A DNA stretch of 64,000 nt from the human T2T-CHM13v2.0 reference genome, Homo sapiens, in contig CP068257.2 in NCBI GenBank assembly GCA_009914755.4, positions 18,560,001-18,624,000 of the forward strand, read 5' to 3'. Positions 58,643 through 64,000 of this stretch are shown piece after piece (within the stretch, counting starts at the first letter, position 1; every line of letters starts with the position of its first letter). Position numbers and translations under genes: made by a program. The notes under the pieces were generated by a model. The model was given only the letters and a program-made list of their open reading frames with translations, was not told the DNA's origin and made no database searches.

Positions 58643-61600
58643 CAATTATGTTCACACATTAATATAAAAACAAAGATCTATCTTTATAAAATGTTAAACA
58701 TTTATTTTGCATTCCAAATTCCCAGATCCTAGAGTTAAAATCATTATGAAGAAGTTTTTGAGCCTCTATTATATGGCTGTAACATTTACAAACCTCCAAA
58801 TATTTCAAAGCCACTGTTTTGGTATTGATTAAATGAGAATAAAATGTGTTATGAGCTCACCTCAATTGCCCTGTCATATAGTATTTTATCCCATTTTTAT
58901 CTCTCTCTCTTCCTCATGAAGCTTTTAGAGCAATAAAACAGTATAATATATGCAGGAATATTTTTTATGTTATAAAGATATACACAGATGTAACAGAAGG
59001 ATATACAAGATACGTTCCTAAAAATTTCAGAAATACAAACATCTATGATTGAATCAATGATTCCCTGGTATTAGCAAAATTGTAATGGAGAAAAAATATA
59101 GACAATGTATAGGGTAAGATACATAATAATAAATTCTCCTGTTTTGAGAGCCCCCTCCTGCAACTAAATAGGGGTTCTAGTACCAAAGTAGCTGGCAACC
59201 CTGCCCTAAGAGGATATACAGGGAGTTGGATGTGAGTGTTTACAGTGTGCCTCTCACAGGACATTATTTTAGCTGGTGGGTGACCTAATACCTAGTTATT
59301 TGACCCATGACCAGGGGGCTTTTCACACGGGAAACTTGTTTGTACTGACAGTGCCCTTGTGGCTCTTGTCTGATCCATGCCCAGCTTATACCTACCTTAC
59401 CATCACTCTGGTTCCAGGACCTACAGATTTCCCTAATTTTTCAGATGGAAGGTATAAATTCAGTACACCACCACTATAGAAAAAAGCGCAATGACTTTTA
59501 CTTACATATCCTGAGCAGGGAGGGCACAAGGAGTCCAGAGGGTAATTCTCCATTCCCAGGTCACAGGAAGCAGGAATGGAGGGTCAGGTGGACAGAGAGA
59601 GAATATTTTGGCAGTTAGCAGTATGCATAAGGAAATAGGGTGTGGGGCACTTTAAGTTCACAAACAAGTGCCTGGAGTGTCTGTTTAAAGAAAGGGGAAC
59701 CAGTCAGCTAGGTGAGAAAAATGCTGCTAAGTTCTTATCTCTAGCCACCGGCTTGAGCCATTTGGATGTGGTATAGAACTGAAAACTATGTCAGGGATGA
59801 CTGAGCCCTGCTTCTGGCGTTAGAAAGTTAAACCTGTGCTCAAAATAGAGGCCAAGCCAACATAAAATTATAAAAATGCACCACATCCCTCACCACCACT
59901 GCAGAAAATAAAAATTCCCAGAATGGTGTAGATGGACAAATAAGCCAATATTTATTTTAAATGTTTAAGCTAAGAAAGATTTGATACACATAGGTCATTG
60001 GAGCTAATCCTTGCAGAATGTGCAGCTTTAAACAAAGATAGATAAAAATGACAGCCGATGAATTCCAGCCATAAGGCAAGAATGGAAATGAACATGGAAA
60101 TTTACGAAGGCTACATGGATCATACTGACCAGTTCAGTGTGAGTGAGAAATGAGATTCATAAGAGGAAATAGTGGGATGATAAAGAACTTGGAATGGTGG
60201 TGAGAAGACAGGCCAGGGGTGAGGTCATGGAGGTCTTTAGTTATATTCAGTAGAAAATGCGTAATCATACAAATTCTCTTCCAGCATTTTGAGGCAAAAG
60301 AAAACAGGGCAGGGGTTAGAATGTTGTCCAAGAAAAGAACAAAAGAAGAATTATTTGTGAGAGATGCAATTTGCAATTTAATTGTCCGAACTTGGTCAGG
60401 GATAATATGTGTCTGGGCAAACAGTGTCTGAGAGAATGGGAACACTATTTATCTAAATGGTGTTGTAATACCAATGAGCGGAATCGTATTGCTGATAATT
60501 TTTTATATCACACACTTTACACAAACTATGTTGAAACATTTAAAAAGAGCTTATTTTTAGTTTGAGGAGCAAGTGGACCAGCAACCTATCAACTAAACAT
60601 GTGCAACTTGAACTCAATAGAGGTCAAAGTGAGGAAGGAATGCAGATTAGTGACCAAAGTTATGGACGTGATGTCTGAAATCATGGGAGTGTCTGACCAT
60701 TCCAAGATAATATGCTGTAGAAAGTTGAAAAGTAGAGCTCCCAGTTGTATTTAGTTCCACCAAAATTAAAGGAAAATAATTATATACTTTAAATAGCATT
60801 TATTAATTACAGCTGTATGTAAGGTGCTACGAATGTATTAAAGATAGAGGGCTTAAAACAAAAGTTACTCTCATGTAACATAATCAAACAAAACGTAGAT
60901 TAGTAAAAGGAATATAATCTATTTTTTTCAGCCTTGAATTGTGTTGGGTATTTGGGATGATTTCTCATAAATCACATGCAGCTAAATAGCCTTTCAAAAC
61001 ACCTTATCTAAATTCGGTGTATAAAGAGGAAAAGGACTTGTTGAAACTGACATAGGCAATGCCAAAATATGGATTCATGTATCTGTATGAGCCATTTAAG
61101 AACTTATGCTGTTTTTTTTTAACTTCATGAAACAAGACAGGTTAAGCAGTATAATGGTAAAGGAAATGTCTTTATGATTAAGAAGTCATTAGAAACCTTG
61201 GAGGACCTAGTTGTATAGACTGTTAGAAGAGGCAGACATAACTCTCAGTGATTAATGAATTAGCCTGAGGAAGAGAAAGCCAAAAATGACATAATATTCT
61301 GAGAAATATAACCGAGGAAATACAGCCGAGAATATGATCTTCAGAGAAGTAGCAGAATCATTGGAAGATCCTTTAAGAATAAGGGCAACTAACACATCTG
61401 CAGACAAAATGAAAATAGGAAGGAAATAAATGATTTGGAGAGAATTTCATAATTGATTTAATATCCCTAAGAATGAATACGGGCATCAAGTCAAGGCCCT
61501 AATGCACGGGACACATCAAATGATGAAAATAATGAGAGAAAATATACAAACACTGATTATATGGATACAACACAGTGATTAGCAAGCAGAAACGCTGGTA

Positions 61601-63312
61601 AAATTATAACAACAGGAAATGGTGACTCCCTTTACAAATGTCCTTGAAGCAAAGATTCTCGACTTGTGTTACTTCGCTTTCAAAAGTCAAAGAATCTTTT
61701 AAAAACATGGGCTGTTTGGATATTTATTTTCTCTTACAGCTGGAATTTAATTGTTACGGTGCTAACACTACACTCTGATCCTTACATCAACTAAATGTAT
61801 ACCCAGACACACATCTACACTGCCTATGTAAAATAAAATTATAAAAATATTAATAATGTAGACAAATGTATAATTGTATGTGTATGTAACTTTGTTAGGT
61901 ATATGTTACTTTTGGAAAAAGCCAAAGTTAAGTATTAAAATACAGTGAGAGTTTAATAAACATATGGAATTTAATTTATACTCTTTAGCAATACAGCAAT
62001 AAATCTCTCCAGTCATAGTAATTCTCACTGTTTCAAGAACATAACATCTAAGTTCAGATATATGCATGTATGATCTTTAACTTATTCTATACTCAGTGTC
62101 TAGGATTCTCTAGAAATTTGACATACCTCTCTAGAATACCTGTTTTATCCTGAAAGCTGTCTGCTTCATTAAAATTTTTCAAATATATATTCATATGTAT
62201 ACTACTATAAGTATGTGTAGACACACACATATAATTATGTGTATATATGTGTTTTATGCATACATGTATGTACTTTATTCTGATAAAAACATATATCTAT
62301 CTTAAATCAACTGTAATTTTACTTAACTTTTTTAGTGGTTAAATTTTTTTTTGAATAATTTCCTGATCTTAGCTTCCTTGGGGAAGTGTATATGCCCTGA
62401 GTATGGAAGAGATTCAAAGTAAATAGTAGTTTCCATGGGAACGAATAAACTTCACATCCTGACATAATAAATTAGACCTGGTTTGAGTGTGGCAGATCAT
62501 TTTGGCTTTCTGAATTCAGCTTCTCATATGTAAAAAAAGGGTATGAACTTTTATCTTATAACCTAATGCAGCTGACCCGTGAGTAACATGGGGGTTGGGG
62601 CGCCAACTCGCATGCAGGAAAAAATCTGCATATAACTTTTGACTCCAAAGTCTTAACTACTAATAGCTCACTGTACACTGGAAGCCTTACCGATAGCATA
62701 AAAGTCAATTAACACATATGTTGTAGGTGATATGTATTATATACTATATTCTTACAATGAAGTAAGTGAGAGAAAAGAAAATGTTATTAAGAGCATTATA
62801 AGGAAGCAAAAATATTCTTACTGTTCATTAAGTGGAAACAGATCATCATAAAGGTCTTCATCTTCGTGTCTTCACCTTGAGGAGGCTGAGGACTAGGAGG
62901 AAGAAGAAAGGTTTCTCTTGCTGTCTCACAGGTGGCAGATGCTAGAAAGGCGGACAAGGTAGAAGGGTAGACGTGTATAAGTAGACTTGTGCATTTCAAA
63001 CTTGTGTTGTTCAAGGGCCAACTGTATGTAAAAAATTCTCACAGAAATGCAACATTATTAATAAAATATATTGTAATTACATCATTGCATATTGCTATGT
63101 TTATTTCTTCATAATTAGGGAGCAAGTTCTTTCTAGATCTTTCAGTATTTTTTTGCCCATGTTAATAACTGACCATATGTTAGTAAAATCAAGACATATT
63201 GATTTTTTCCAAGTCAATAACATTATAATATTAACATACCAAAACTGTAAATGATTTAGCGTTTGGATGTATACACTAATCACTCTTATATAAAGATAAA
63301 AATAATTTTATT

Positions 63313-63593
<281 letters not shown>

Positions 63594-63620
63594 TAATAAT
63601 AATAATAATAATAATAATAA
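63594..63620. repeat. (TAA)n trinucleotide microsatellite replacing the Alu A-tail, 9 units
   Basis: aataataataataataataataataa. Confidence 0.95.
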
Positions 63621-63749
63621 TGTACAAAGTATTTGGTGTTAAAATATGATTAAAGCTGTCGAATATTAAAATTTGACATTTGCATGCTAGTTATTGCTAC
63701 ATATGAATGTGTGGAGATGCCAAACTTGTGATATAAAATCTATTTCAAA

Positions 63750-63815
63750 TTACGCAGAGATACATCTGAGAGATACGCAGAGATACATCTGAGAGATACG
63801 CGGAGATACATCTCC
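63750..63815. repeat. ~22-bp unit tandem repeat x3 (gagatacgcagagatacatct)
   Basis: gcagagatacatctgagagatacgcagagatacatctgagagatacgcggagatacatctccgag. Confidence 0.9.
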
Positions 63816-63920
63816 GAGTTTGAAATCACCACACAGTGTTGCACAAATAGTGGAATGCTGACACCAAGTGCAGAACAAACTACCTGAGCATCACCTCTTA
63901 TCTTTAAAATGTGGAGCATA

Positions 63921-64000
63921 GGCCGGCGCTGTGGCCCAGGCCTGTAATCCCAACATTTTGGGAGGCCGAAGCAGGTGAAGCGCGAGGTTAGGAGTTTGAG
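63921..64000 (+). mobile_element. Alu 5' end, truncated by the window edge
   Basis: ggccggcgctgtggcccaggcctgtaatcccaacattttgggaggccgaagcaggtgaagcgcgaggttaggagtttgag. Confidence 0.9.

Overview
This window reads as primate, almost certainly human or hominoid, nuclear genomic DNA from an AT-rich, gene-poor region. It is not a prokaryotic or viral locus. At least 14 Alu SINEs of AluJ/S/Y type fix the primate assignment. Other repeats are L1 LINEs of several ages, one HERV9-type solo LTR (LTR12 family), three MaLR LTRs and many micro- and minisatellites. Roughly half or more of the window is recognisable interspersed repeat by eye. I found no convincing protein-coding exon, tRNA, rRNA or CpG island. 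Nearly every ORF in the supplied track is a decayed L1 ORF1/ORF2 fragment or a random ORF in AT-rich DNA. I found no novel defence, biosynthetic or operon-like system and do not claim one. The most interesting real structure is in the repeats, in three groups.
(1) Three textbook twin-primed, 5'-inverted L1 insertions. Two have clean target-site duplications (TSDs). A fourth candidate is weaker. A duplicated 68-bp L1 fragment sits at the same breakpoint as one of them.
(2) A nearly full-length old L1 spans about 10.8 kb and carries a nested stack of younger L1, Alu and MaLR insertions.
(3) A roughly 400-bp inverted repeat pair is separated by about 2.65 kb, with an adjacent dispersed direct duplicate. 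I cannot assign either to a known repeat family from sequence alone.
All coordinates are read by eye and are accurate to about ±5–20 bp. Family assignments come from remembered consensus sequences and should be confirmed with RepeatMasker/Dfam.
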